From: Dehalococcoidia bacterium UBA5748
GTDB lineage: Bacteria > Chloroflexota > Dehalococcoidia > Dehalococcoidales > UBA5627
Reading direction: 5' to 3'
Length of the DNA stretch: 64,000 nucleotides
Assembly: GCA_002419135.1 (NCBI GenBank)
Contig: DIFM01000038.1
Span: forward strand, 1,922-65,921
The translations under genes and the position numbers were made by a program. Below the pieces are notes generated by a model. It did not search any database. It was not told the DNA's origin and was given only the letters and a program-made list of their open reading frames with translations. Shown piece after piece: positions 36,833 to 46,380 of the stretch; the first letter of the stretch is position 1, and each line of letters begins with the position of its first letter.

Positions 36833-38113
36833 TTAGGCAGCCGGATTGATGACTCTTCCGATAAACAGGGTGGAACCGGTAGTGATGTCTTTGATAAGGA
36901 AGATAAACGAATTATTGATATTGACATCGGCGATTTCAATCGGCATCGAAGTCTCCCGGAAGATTACGGCGGTGGCTGCTGCCGCTTCGGTGCCTTCTTC
37001 ATCTACCGAAACGAATGCTTTATGAATGACGTCGCTTATGATAAGGTCAGCTTTATCCGTTATCCCGGAAAAGTCGGCGCTGCCAGAAAAAGCTTCCGGC
37101 ATTCCCATTGCTTTCAGGGCGTCGTTCAAGTTGAATTCCGATTCAAACTCGAATTTAGGCATAGTGAGGTTGACTTGTCCGAGCGACATTTCATCTATAA
37201 TACCGGCTACCGTTTCGGAGCTCAGTGAGTTTTCAAACTCGGAGAAATTGCCTTCGTCCGGCATAATTATAACCATAGACATTTCATAGATATCGTAAAG
37301 CAATTCTACTGCCGTATAACCATCTCCGTCCACATAGCTGAATCTTTCGCTCTGGTGCATCATCGGAACGGTAACGGTGCTGCCGTCCGGCAGATAGAAG
37401 GTGTCATCGTAGGTATAATCCTCATCGAACTGGTGCAGCCAGGCAGCGTTAAAGTAGATGGCGTTGGTAAGAACAAGGCGTGTCATTTCATCGATTGCGC
37501 CCTCAGGAATGAGGTCTTCGATGCGACCGTTGGTCTGTTCGTAAACCCAGTCATTGATGGTTTGCCGGCATGCTTCGGGGTCTTTTTCATAATCTAAAAG
37601 CCTGATTCCGGCATCATAATTTTCAGCCAGAACATCGAGGAATGCCTGCATAAACTCGAAGCCTGTCTGACCCCAGGTGGCATTTACGATATTCAACTCG
37701 AAACCCTGCGCCTCGCTGCCGGCGGGTATTTCGTTGCGGCTGTTAAGCTCGATAGCCAGTTTGTTAAAAGCTGAGTGCAGCTGCTCATCCTCCAGCATGA
37801 ACTTTAAGGTCTCTGCCATTTGCTCCTCGGTTTGCCCGTTGGCTCCGGCATAAGCCATAGCCAAAGCTAAAGATATGCTGTAGGGTGAGAAGAAGAAGTT
37901 ACCTTCCTTGGCGGCGCTGAGCTGTTTATAGAGGTCGAAAGCGAACTCGTTATTTCCGTTTACTAGCTCTGCCAGCGTCGAATCACTGACGCTGGGAGAC
38001 GAGTCATATGGTTTGTCGGATTTGGCTTCGGCACCGTACACCTGTGTTTGCGCACATGATACGGTGCTAAAAATCAACACCATACTTAAAAGTAAAAAAA
38101 TTATTTTTTTCAT
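36833..38113 (-). CDS. serpin paralogue, secreted/lipobox-like signal
   Basis: ATG at 38113 behind GGAGG gives MKKIIFLLLSMVLIFSTVSC. Core FFSPYSISLALAMAYAGA. Hinge/RCL VDEEGTEAAAATAVIFRETSMPIEIADVNINNSFIFLIKD. The track start at 38245 is unlikely. Confidence 0.9.
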   Translation of the reverse strand: MKKIIFLLLSMVLIFSTVSCAQTQVYGAEAKSDKPYDSSPSVSDSTLAELVNGNNEFAFDLYKQLSAAKEGNFFFSPYSISLALAMAYAGANGQTEEQMAETLKFMLEDEQLHSAFNKLAIELNSRNEIPAGSEAQGFELNIVNATWGQTGFEFMQAFLDVLAENYDAGIRLLDYEKDPEACRQTINDWVYEQTNGRIEDLIPEGAIDEMTRLVLTNAIYFNAAWLHQFDEDYTYDDTFYLPDGSTVTVPMMHQSERFSYVDGDGYTAVELLYDIYEMSMVIIMPDEGNFSEFENSLSSETVAGIIDEMSLGQVNLTMPKFEFESEFNLNDALKAMGMPEAFSGSADFSGITDKADLIISDVIHKAFVSVDEEGTEAAAATAVIFRETSMPIEIADVNINNSFIFLIKDITTGSTLFIGRVINPAA

Positions 38114-38371
38114 AGCCGAACCTCCGGTTGTTCTTTGTATTCTACTACTATAACGTCGGAAATGCAGCGGGGTTAGGGGATGATAATAATTATTTTTGGT
38201 AATTACAGAAAACTGCTTAATAAATATTGTTGCAAATTCCGACAAGCCGAGCCCGCATTATTACGAGTATCAGTTACAATTTGCCATGACAGTGTGCCCA
38301 TCATTTGGCTATGTATCAAAAAACTGCTATAATTATGCTTTAACTAACAGGAAGAAGGGTGAATTACTTAA

Positions 38372-38500
38372 ATGGCGACTAAAAAAGCAACAGCAGCAGA
38401 AAAAGAAGAACTTCAGAAATTTATTGAGAATGTAAATAAGAAAGACACCAAGCGCAACGGAAAGAAAATCGAGTTTTCTTTTACCAACCGCAAGAGATAA
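38372..38500 (+). CDS. possible 42-aa basic small protein (below ORF-track cutoff)
   Basis: ATG…TAA encodes MATKKATAAEKEELQKFIENVNKKDTKRNGKKIEFSFTNRKR. Purine-rich stretch upstream. Followed by a hairpin plus T5 (38529-38578). Confidence 0.3.
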   Translation: MATKKATAAEKEELQKFIENVNKKDTKRNGKKIEFSFTNRKR

Positions 38501-38528
38501 ATCTTTCTAATTCGGAAAATTAAAACTG

Positions 38529-38578
38529 TTTCCGCCATCAGTCCGTTTAACTTTATTTCGGGTAGGGCGGAAATTTTT
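38529..38578 (+). terminator. possible terminator after the small ORF
   Basis: tttccgcc (38529-38536) pairs with ggcggaaa (38566-38573), followed by ttttt. The loop is long (29 nt). Confidence 0.35.
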
Positions 38579-38671
38579 ATACAAAAATAATTTAAAAAAA
38601 GCGGCTCCCGTCATTCATTGCAATAATGATTAACAAGAACCGCTTTTTCCTTTCTGATTATGGAAAGGATG

Positions 38672-39133
38672 CTATTTTTCGACCGGAATTACAATGCGGG
38701 TCGAAAGATTTTTTTCGGCAACATCCCCGGGTGAATTAAAATAATACTCGTAGTATAAACCCTTCGGTTTACAGCCGTTTTCCCCTATCCAGTCAAAAAG
38801 TTCCTGATAGACCGGTTTTAAATCGGTATAGGGTCCTTCATGCACATAAACGACAGCATCGCCGGGAACGGTTTCACCCGCTTTTATATCATCCTTGCCG
38901 GGCAGATTTTTTGATACGGGGACTCCAAATTCGATATCGATACTCTGCGTATCCAGCCTGTAATAGGCGGCAAAAGGCGCATCCGCCGGCGCTTCCCCCA
39001 ATTCAGCCAGATATTCGGCTATTCTGCGATAGCTGTCGTTAATAAGGCTTGGCAACTCGTCGATGGTTGTTTCCAACCTTACAGACAGTACCGGCTTCGC
39101 TTCCACTTTCTTCAGTTCAATTTTTGATTCCAC
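38672..39133 (-). CDS. GyrI-like small-molecule-binding domain protein
   Basis: 153 aa. …KKVEAKPVLSVR…, …FAAYY…, …VYVHEGPYTDLKPVYQELFDWIGENG…YEYYFN…, the SbmC/GyrI-like effector-domain pattern. GTG start behind GGAGGG. Confidence 0.7.
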   Translation of the reverse strand: MESKIELKKVEAKPVLSVRLETTIDELPSLINDSYRRIAEYLAELGEAPADAPFAAYYRLDTQSIDIEFGVPVSKNLPGKDDIKAGETVPGDAVVYVHEGPYTDLKPVYQELFDWIGENGCKPKGLYYEYYFNSPGDVAEKNLSTRIVIPVEK

Positions 39134-39150
39134 TAAATTCCCTCCATAAA

Positions 39151-40152
39151 TTAAATATTATACAGCTGGACTCCGTAAGCGAAAGGATGTCCTTCGAGTT
39201 CGAAATCAGGTAAATAGTTATTCTCGGATTCCATTTGCTGCACCCAGCCGTTTTCAATCCCCAGCTCATCCAAAAGTTTACAGACTTCATCGTATTCTTT
39301 TTGCGTGATACCTCTTGAAAGAGACGGATGTTCAGAAGCCCGGTGCATCGGATGATACTGCGACATCAAGCTCACTGTTATTTCTTTAGATAGCTCTGTT
39401 GCCAGCCATTTTAACACTTCCCTGCTACCGGATAATCTTTCCGGCAGTATCAGGTGGCGCACAATCAGCCCGTGCTCCGCGATACCGTTATTATCAATAA
39501 TAAGATTTCCCACCTGCCTGTACATTTCTTTAACGGCAGACTGTGCCTTTTCAACATAGTTTCCAACGCCGGATAGTTTCAAAGCTGATTCGTTGTCAAA
39601 ATACTTGAAATCGGGCAGGTAGATATCGATAACGCCGTCCAGTTCTTTTAAAGTTTCCAGGCTGTCATAGCCGTTGGTGTTATAAACCAGTGGAATATTA
39701 AGCCCCAGCGGCACCGCTTCCAGAAGTGCTTTGACAATCTGCGGTACGAAGTGCGACGGAGAAACCAGGTTGATATTATGGCAGCCGAGCTTATCCTGTA
39801 AATACAACATCTGCCCCGCCAGTTGATGATTAGTAATTTCGTTTGTTTTTTGCCTATTCGAGTCCTGACTGATTTGGTGATTCTGGCAATAGAGGCAGCG
39901 CAGGTTGCAATTAGCAAAAAATATCGTCCCCGAACCGTGGTTCCCTGAAAGAACAGGCTCCTCGCCGTGATGGTCGCAATATGATGAGACAATCGGCAAG
40001 TACCCGGAATGGCAGTACCCCGTTTCACCCCGGCAGCGGTTGACACCGCAATCTCTCGGACAGATATCACAGGAAGCAAGCCTTCTATCAAGCCGCTCTG
40101 CCCGCTTTGCAAGTTCGCCTGATTTATAGAGTGAAATATATCCGGGAATCAT
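39151..40152 (-). CDS. radical SAM protein, PflX-like (COG1313-type)
   Basis: N-terminal Cys-rich CDICPRDCGVNRCRGETGYC plus radical-SAM CNLRCLYCQN. Confidence 0.8.
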   Translation of the reverse strand: MIPGYISLYKSGELAKRAERLDRRLASCDICPRDCGVNRCRGETGYCHSGYLPIVSSYCDHHGEEPVLSGNHGSGTIFFANCNLRCLYCQNHQISQDSNRQKTNEITNHQLAGQMLYLQDKLGCHNINLVSPSHFVPQIVKALLEAVPLGLNIPLVYNTNGYDSLETLKELDGVIDIYLPDFKYFDNESALKLSGVGNYVEKAQSAVKEMYRQVGNLIIDNNGIAEHGLIVRHLILPERLSGSREVLKWLATELSKEITVSLMSQYHPMHRASEHPSLSRGITQKEYDEVCKLLDELGIENGWVQQMESENNYLPDFELEGHPFAYGVQLYNI

Positions 40153-40200
40153 GAAAATGACCTCATAATTATTTTGTGACAGCGGTCTTTATCTGTAATG

Positions 40201-41691
40201 CTATTCCTTGACGGTTTTATCCTTTGCCTTATCAAGCACTACCAGCGCTTCGTTTATTCTCTTAATACAGCGTTCTTTACCGAGTACCGCCATTGTCTGG
40301 AAAAGCGGAGGGGCTGCCTCCCTGCCGGTGGTTGCAGACCTCAAAGTGCCGAACAACTGCCCGGTCTTAACCTCCAGTTTTTCCGCCATCGGCCTCAAAA
40401 TATTTTCCAGTGCTTCCTCCGTAAAATCCGGGAGTTCGCCCAGTTCCTTCAAGGCTGTTTCGAGCATTATCCCGGTCGTCTCACGGCTTGTTTTCTTGGC
40501 AACCAGAATATTGGGGTCATATTCGAGATTTTCTGTAAAAAAGAAATCGGTCAGTTCCGCTATTTCGTTCAGTTTTTTAACCCTCTCCTGTACCAGCGGA
40601 GCAATCTGCTTTACGTACTCCAAAGAGAGCGGTCTTTTAACATCCGACGGTAAATCTCTTTCGAGGAACGGGATTACCCTTTGTGAAAAATCATCAACCT
40701 TAAGGTCGCGTATGTATACTCCGTTCATCCAGTCCAGCTTTTCGACATTGAAAATGGCTCCGGTAGAGTTTACGCGTCCCAAGGTAAAGTTCTTTATTAT
40801 TTCTTTGACGGTCATCAGTTCGGTTTTCCCGTCCAGCGACCAGCCCAAAAGCGACAGAAAATTCATCATCGCTTCGGGCAGATAACCCTGTTCCTTGTAA
40901 TCCATTATGGATACCGAACCGTGACGCTTGCTGAGCTTCGACCTGTCGGTACCGAGAAGCATCGGCAGATGGGCAAACTCGGGCGGTTTGTATCCCATGG
41001 CTTTATACATCAACAGGTGGCGGGGTGTGCTCGAAAGCCACTCTTCCGCTCGTAAAACATGGGTAATTCCCATCTCATAGTCATCTACAATGCTGGCAAG
41101 GTGATAGGTTGGAAATCCATCGGACTTGATGATAACGAAATCGTCGACAGTGGAGTTTTCAAAGGTTACATCACCGCGTATGATATCGTGAAAGGTGGTT
41201 TTACCGGCAAGCGGCGTGCGGAAACGCACTACCCTTTTCATCCCCGACATCCACTTTAACACCCCTTCCGGAACGGGCATATCACGGCAGCGCCTGTCGT
41301 AACCGGGGGGCTGCTTGTTTTTCATCTGCTCATTGCGCATTTCCTCAAGGCGCTCGGGTGGGCAATAACAATAATAGGCATCACCCTGTTCGATTAACTT
41401 TTTAGCGGCGGCTTTATATTTATTCAATCGCTCAGACTGCACATAGGGACCGAAATTACCGCCGGCCTGCGGACCCTCATCCCAATCTATTCCCAGCCAG
41501 CGCAAACCATCCAAAATAGCCTCGACGGCGCCATCAACGGTACGGGCGACATCGGTATCCTCGATCCGCACGATGAAACTGCCGCCGTGATGTCGGGCAA
41601 AAAGCCAGTTGAACAAAGCGGTTCTGATATTACCTACATGGGGGTAGCCGGTGGGACTGGGGGCATAACGTACTCTGACTTTATCACTCAT
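40201..41691 (-). CDS. gltX: glutamate--tRNA ligase
   Basis: …RYAPSPTGYPHVGNIRTALFN… (HIGH) and KLSKRHG (KMSKS); 496 aa. Confidence 0.95.
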   Translation of the reverse strand: MSDKVRVRYAPSPTGYPHVGNIRTALFNWLFARHHGGSFIVRIEDTDVARTVDGAVEAILDGLRWLGIDWDEGPQAGGNFGPYVQSERLNKYKAAAKKLIEQGDAYYCYCPPERLEEMRNEQMKNKQPPGYDRRCRDMPVPEGVLKWMSGMKRVVRFRTPLAGKTTFHDIIRGDVTFENSTVDDFVIIKSDGFPTYHLASIVDDYEMGITHVLRAEEWLSSTPRHLLMYKAMGYKPPEFAHLPMLLGTDRSKLSKRHGSVSIMDYKEQGYLPEAMMNFLSLLGWSLDGKTELMTVKEIIKNFTLGRVNSTGAIFNVEKLDWMNGVYIRDLKVDDFSQRVIPFLERDLPSDVKRPLSLEYVKQIAPLVQERVKKLNEIAELTDFFFTENLEYDPNILVAKKTSRETTGIMLETALKELGELPDFTEEALENILRPMAEKLEVKTGQLFGTLRSATTGREAAPPLFQTMAVLGKERCIKRINEALVVLDKAKDKTVKE

Positions 41692-42536
41692 TATTTATCC
41701 CTATTTGTAACAAATAATATTTTAGAAACAGCAGTATAGGTCTTTTTGTCAAATTTAAATACAACTTCATCTTCAGTAGTAACAGTTTCTTCATTAAAAA
41801 AGCTATCAATCTTATTAAATATTAATTCAAATTCTCGTTTTAGTGCCCAACTCATACTCAAATCATCTTTATTGAAAAGCACAACAAACAACCGATTATC
41901 GTAACCAAACCTTTGAGCACCTTGGTTTTCGTATAGCCATATAGCTAACTCCTGGGGATTTTCCATAGCATAGATAGGATCATAGCTCTTTGGTAAATAC
42001 GTTATCTTCAAATCGAAGGGTTGTCCATTAAAGAATATATCGACTCCTTTAATGCTTTTTAAAGTCGGAATAACATTTTTATGTTTACTAATGTGCTCCT
42101 CAATTAACACTGTAGTCCAATGATTAAACCAAGTACAAACAACATAATTAGTAACTTTGCTATGTAATTGAAGTTCAACATTGTGAATTAACTCGTTATA
42201 TCTTACATATTTCCTGACGTATTCAGATTGTATTTTCTGGTCTAGTTGGCCTTGCACAACTCCCCAAGAAAAATTTTTAACATTTTTTAATTCTTGTTTC
42301 AGATCCTCATCTGATATTAAATCCTGCCGTTCTATAATACACTCTATGTATTTCTTTTTAATAAAGCTATTTACAAAATTTCCATTTATTGACGTATTGA
42401 GCAATTTTTTAATAATATCTGCACCGGTACCAGAACTATCAATATTACTATACTCGTTAGCAAATTCTCTCAATTGAGAGACTGGGATTGAACTAAGTTT
42501 CATTTTTAAAACTTCTTTATCACTATAAATCGGCAT
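41691..42536 (-). CDS. putative type II restriction endonuclease (PD-DxK)
   Basis: AT-rich ORF directly downstream of a DNA methyltransferase. Candidate catalytic core …IKGVDIFFNGQPFDLKITY… (D-x12-D-x-K). Family not recognised. Stop TAA shares one base with the gltX ATG (TAATG). Confidence 0.5.
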   Translation of the reverse strand: MPIYSDKEVLKMKLSSIPVSQLREFANEYSNIDSSGTGADIIKKLLNTSINGNFVNSFIKKKYIECIIERQDLISDEDLKQELKNVKNFSWGVVQGQLDQKIQSEYVRKYVRYNELIHNVELQLHSKVTNYVVCTWFNHWTTVLIEEHISKHKNVIPTLKSIKGVDIFFNGQPFDLKITYLPKSYDPIYAMENPQELAIWLYENQGAQRFGYDNRLFVVLFNKDDLSMSWALKREFELIFNKIDSFFNEETVTTEDEVVFKFDKKTYTAVSKILFVTNRDK

Positions 42537-42540
42537 AACC

Positions 42541-43692
42541 TTATCCCTTTTTCTTAAACAGCATTATATACTCATGTTTAAAAACATAAAAACCACCAAC
42601 TAAAGCCCTATATCTCCACAGGTCTTTTTGGTTTCTCTTTCCCCTAGTTTCCTCAAAATTTTTAACAATAATGCTTTTTAATATAAAATCCCTTTTTAGA
42701 ACCTCTTCCATGCATTTAAAGCCAAGAGGTATCCATTCCCCTTTTGAATATTTATCTCCAATTACAAGAGCAAAATATCGCCCCTTTTCCAAGAATGGAG
42801 CAGTATTATCTATAACCTCACCAAACATTCTTAAAAATTCATCGATTCCGTTAGCTGCTGAAAGGTCTCTCCTGTCATTTGAAAACTTAATGATATCGTA
42901 ATAGGGCGGATGCATAATAAGCAACTGTATATTTTTTCGCCCAATATTACTAAGTGTTTTTTCTAAATCTATAGTTCTACTATCATCATTAATTACTTCA
43001 GTAATAATATTATCTTTATTTATCTCTCTGCTAATCAGTTCCTCAGCTTTTAGGGCAACAGTACTATTTAATTCTACCCCAATTCCATTCCTTCCTAATC
43101 TTCGGCATTCAATAAGAGTAGTACCACTGCCTAAAAAAGCATCTAAAACCCAGTCTTCCTTCTTTGTATATCTTGTAATCATCTGATGAGGTATTTGAGG
43201 AACAAAGTTTCCCCAATACCAGCCGACATGAGCCCCCGATGCATCTCTTTTATCAAGCATCCAAAGACTATCTGTTATTATGTCATCGTATTCTTTCCAT
43301 CTATGAAGATTGATATCATTTATTTTGCTAGTTTTAATACCCTGAATGCTTTTTTCTAATCTTTGCAAATAGTACTTCGCCCTTCCTACTGTTTGAGATT
43401 GTAATATCTGTTCAATTTCTGAAATAAGTACATCTTTTCTAAGTGTTACAGTATCACCATTAGAACCTATATTTAATAAACCATCTCTATCTTCCTTAGG
43501 AAAAGAGACTATTTTTTTTAAGCTCGCTACATGATTTCTCAGTTCGCTTAATTCAGAAATATCCATTGATTGCCGCAAAGCATCTAAAAACTTTTCCTTA
43601 TTTATAAATGCAGGATTAGAATTGCTTGCTAAATTAGAAAAATCATCACTAAATATGTATTCTAATTGTCTGTTATCACGCTGTAGTGTCAT
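42541..43692 (-). CDS. DNA methyltransferase (N6-A/N4-C type) with motif order I then IV and unknown N-terminal domain
   Basis: …VLDAFLGSGTTLIECRRLGRNGIGVELN (AdoMet motif I), followed about 60 aa later by LLIMHPPYYDII (motif IV, unusual H). About 180-aa N-terminal region unassigned. AT-rich (line 42301-42360 has 18/60 G+C). Confidence 0.7.
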   Translation of the reverse strand: MTLQRDNRQLEYIFSDDFSNLASNSNPAFINKEKFLDALRQSMDISELSELRNHVASLKKIVSFPKEDRDGLLNIGSNGDTVTLRKDVLISEIEQILQSQTVGRAKYYLQRLEKSIQGIKTSKINDINLHRWKEYDDIITDSLWMLDKRDASGAHVGWYWGNFVPQIPHQMITRYTKKEDWVLDAFLGSGTTLIECRRLGRNGIGVELNSTVALKAEELISREINKDNIITEVINDDSRTIDLEKTLSNIGRKNIQLLIMHPPYYDIIKFSNDRRDLSAANGIDEFLRMFGEVIDNTAPFLEKGRYFALVIGDKYSKGEWIPLGFKCMEEVLKRDFILKSIIVKNFEETRGKRNQKDLWRYRALVGGFYVFKHEYIMLFKKKG

Positions 43693-43694
43693 AT

Positions 43695-44216
43695 TTACGC
43701 CTCTACTACTTTGGGGCTGGTATTTGTAGCTTTTATTTTTGGCTGCGGCACAATTACCACAAACGTCCCGGCAATTTTATCATGAAATCCCTGCTTTTGT
43801 TTATCAAAGGCAATCCAGATAAAACCGAAAAACAGCGGGACTGCAGATATAATGTACCCGAGATATCTTAAGAATGCAACCGGGAACGTTATATCCGAGC
43901 TGTCGGGACGAATAACCCTGATATTCATTACTATCTTGCCCGGAGTTTGCCCTCGCCAAGCCCAGAATATAACGAAATAACCGATTACTATTATTAATGT
44001 TATCAGATTAAACAATATAATCTGCGGCAGAATAAACCAATCCGATATGCCACCGAGTATATCCGGATTCCACAGACGTATGTAGCCCAAATGATGAAAC
44101 GGTACAAAAATGGAAGAAACAACCGATAAAACAACAGCATCGATTGCAAAAGCGGCAAATCTGCGCCAGAAGCCGGCAAATTCAAGAACAATACCACCGG
44201 ATTCTTCCTTTATCAT
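43695..44216 (-). CDS. RDD-family membrane protein
   Basis: …FWRRFAAFAIDAVVL…, …GQTPGKIVMNIRVI…, …QGFHDKIAGTFVV is a typical RDD domain. Confidence 0.8.
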   Translation of the reverse strand: MIKEESGGIVLEFAGFWRRFAAFAIDAVVLSVVSSIFVPFHHLGYIRLWNPDILGGISDWFILPQIILFNLITLIIVIGYFVIFWAWRGQTPGKIVMNIRVIRPDSSDITFPVAFLRYLGYIISAVPLFFGFIWIAFDKQKQGFHDKIAGTFVVIVPQPKIKATNTSPKVVEA

Positions 44217-44301
44217 ATCCCCTCACCGATAAAGCTCTGTAAATCAATCTCTATATTCTAACACTATAAAAGATTACAATCTAGGTATAAATACGGAAAG
44301 G

Positions 44302-45207
44302 TTAAGCGATTTTTTCCAGCACTTGCTTTAAATCATCGGGCAGTTCGGATTGAAATTCAATATATTTACCGGTGGACGGAAGATAAAACCCGATGCGATT
44401 AGCATGCAGGAATTGCCGTGTGAGAAACGGCGATTTGATTCCGTACGCTGTGTCACCTAATACCGGAAAACCGATTGCCGCCAGGTGTACCCTGATTTGG
44501 TGGGTTCGACCCGTCTCCAGCGTTATTTCCAGTAATGAATATCCATTATTATAGTATGTGACAACCCGGTAACGCGTGCGCGCTTCCTTCCCGTTTTCCG
44601 TAATTGCCATTCGTTTGCGGTTTCCCTTATCCCGCCCCAGATTGGCTTCGATAAGTCCGGTTTCCGGTTTAATATGCCCTTTCACCAGCGTCAGGTAGTT
44701 TTTGGTTACCGAGCGTGATTTAAACTGTTCGGAAAGATTTGCCAGCGACTCCCTGTTCTTGGCGACAATTACCAGCCCCGAAGTATCTTTATCCAGCCTG
44801 TGAACGATGCCGGGTCGCAGCCTTTCACCGCCGCTATCGGCAAGTTCCGGAAAATACGAGAGGACGGCATTAACCAGCGTATGCTCGGGGTGCCCGGGCG
44901 CCGGATGCACTGTCAGCCCGGCGGGCTTATCTATAACTAAAAGGTCACTGTCTTCATAAATGATATCGAGGGGAATCGGCTCTGCTTTAAGTGAGGTGGT
45001 ATCAATCTCAGGAATACTTATAATAATTCTATCGCCGGCACTGAGCTTAAAGCCGGCTTTTTCCGCACGATTATTGACGGTAACTTTGTCGCCATCTATC
45101 AATTTTTGTATAAAGCTGCGCGAAACTGAGGGAAGTCTTGTGGCTATATATTTGTCCAGCCGCTCCCCCGCAACCTCAACCGGCAATTCGTGAATTTCTT
45201 CTTGCAT
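44302..45207 (-). CDS. rluD: RluA-family 23S rRNA pseudouridine synthase (RluD-like)
   Basis: N-terminal S4 domain, catalytic HRLDKDTSG, …GRTHQIRVH…. Confidence 0.9.
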   Translation of the reverse strand: MQEEIHELPVEVAGERLDKYIATRLPSVSRSFIQKLIDGDKVTVNNRAEKAGFKLSAGDRIIISIPEIDTTSLKAEPIPLDIIYEDSDLLVIDKPAGLTVHPAPGHPEHTLVNAVLSYFPELADSGGERLRPGIVHRLDKDTSGLVIVAKNRESLANLSEQFKSRSVTKNYLTLVKGHIKPETGLIEANLGRDKGNRKRMAITENGKEARTRYRVVTYYNNGYSLLEITLETGRTHQIRVHLAAIGFPVLGDTAYGIKSPFLTRQFLHANRIGFYLPSTGKYIEFQSELPDDLKQVLEKIA

Positions 45208-45217
45208 AAATAAACCG

Positions 45218-45712
45218 TTAATCTCCGGCTAATTTGATATAGGTGATAGCCAAAAGCACTGCCCCTATCGAAATTGCGGCGTCAGCTACATTGAAGATAG
45301 CAAAGAAATCGACATCGATAAAATCGACTACATAGCCGTAACTTAACCTGTCTATGAGGTTGCCGACAGTACCGCCCATAATAAGTCCGAGCGATAACCT
45401 GGCCGGCACACTTCTTAAAAACCTGATACGCTTAGACAAATAGAATACGATAACCAGTAGCAGGATAACGCCGATTATCGAAAAAATGGACAACAAATAG
45501 GTGTGGTCACGGAATATACTGAAAGCGGCGCCGGTATTTTGCACATACGTAATATGGAAAAACCCCGATTCCGGTATGGACTGACCGAGTGTCAGGTTCG
45601 TCTTAATTAAGTATTTTGTTAACTGGTCTATTGCAATTATCGGTAATGAAACCCATAAAAAGACCGAACCTCTGTTGTAAAACTCCTTAAAGAAGCTCTT
45701 TAGCTTATCCAT
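45218..45712 (-). CDS. lspA: lipoprotein signal peptidase II
   Basis: …NTGAAFSIF… and …FAIFNVADAAISIG… motifs; four TM helices. Confidence 0.9.
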   Translation of the reverse strand: MDKLKSFFKEFYNRGSVFLWVSLPIIAIDQLTKYLIKTNLTLGQSIPESGFFHITYVQNTGAAFSIFRDHTYLLSIFSIIGVILLLVIVFYLSKRIRFLRSVPARLSLGLIMGGTVGNLIDRLSYGYVVDFIDVDFFAIFNVADAAISIGAVLLAITYIKLAGD

Positions 45713-46064
45713 TCTTTGCTTTATTAGCGTTACACTCCATGCAATACAATGCCTGTGGTAAAGCTTCCAATCTCTCGGGATTTATAGGCTTGCCGCATAT
45801 TTCACAGGTTCCGTAAGTTCCCTTGTCGAACTTATCAAGTGCCCTTTCTACTTCTGCCAGCTGTTCCCTGGTCCTATGTTCAAGCGCCATACGATTCTCC
45901 AGGTCGGCAGTTTCGGTAGCTTCTTCTTCCCTCTTACCGAAGGGACTGCCTTCACGCCTGTTTTCCGTCGGACGACTGGCTTTCAATTGCTCCAACTGTT
46001 CTTCCAGTCGTTTGCGGTCATCTTCCAGGTGAAGCTTCATTAATTTATGATTTGCAGTTTTCAC
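45705..46064 (-). CDS. DksA/TraR-family C4 zinc-finger protein
   Basis: Coiled-coil N-terminus plus CEICGKPINPERLEALPQALYCMEC. 8-nt overlap with lspA. Confidence 0.8.
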   Translation of the reverse strand: MKTANHKLMKLHLEDDRKRLEEQLEQLKASRPTENRREGSPFGKREEEATETADLENRMALEHRTREQLAEVERALDKFDKGTYGTCEICGKPINPERLEALPQALYCMECNANKAKNG

Positions 46065-46380
46065 TTGTCTGTCCCCCCGTATAATAAGTGCCCTTAAGCT
46101 GCATCAGATTCTCTGAAGCAACGTATATATGCTTTTATACTTAGCGTTAATGGGAATGTCATAAAAAGCAGTAAAAACTATATGGATAAAAGCGTATGCC
46201 GGTCAAAACCTGTTGCCCTGCCACAATGAGGAAGAGGTGCTAAGCCGGCAACAACTGTTCTCCATTTAATTTTACGATTCATTAAATATAAAAAACGACC
46301 CTTCATACATCCTAAGTGTAACCTATTTATGACAGTTAATCAATACTTATTCTCTTTTTATTTTCACACAGATAAGACCG

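Noticed and set aside
38672-40152. Radical-SAM (PflX-like) plus GyrI-like pair as a viperin-like defence module next to the R-M
   Set aside because: The radical-SAM protein has the PflX/COG1313 N-terminal Cys-rich signature and native composition. It has no nucleotide-kinase or viperin-type features. It is more likely metabolic housekeeping.
40198-40885. Two plus-strand ORFs (151 and 225 aa) opposite gltX
   Set aside because: They are antisense shadows of a strongly supported gltX gene. Their Ser/Leu-rich translations are typical of reverse-frame artefacts.
46065-46380. Structured RNA (SRP/6S/riboswitch) in the 400-bp dksA-zur spacer
   Set aside because: Only a modest hairpin (gttgcc…ggcaac within gccgg…ccggc) is visible. 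No conserved SRP, 6S or riboswitch core motifs are recognisable by eye. A covariance-model scan (Rfam/Infernal) would be needed.
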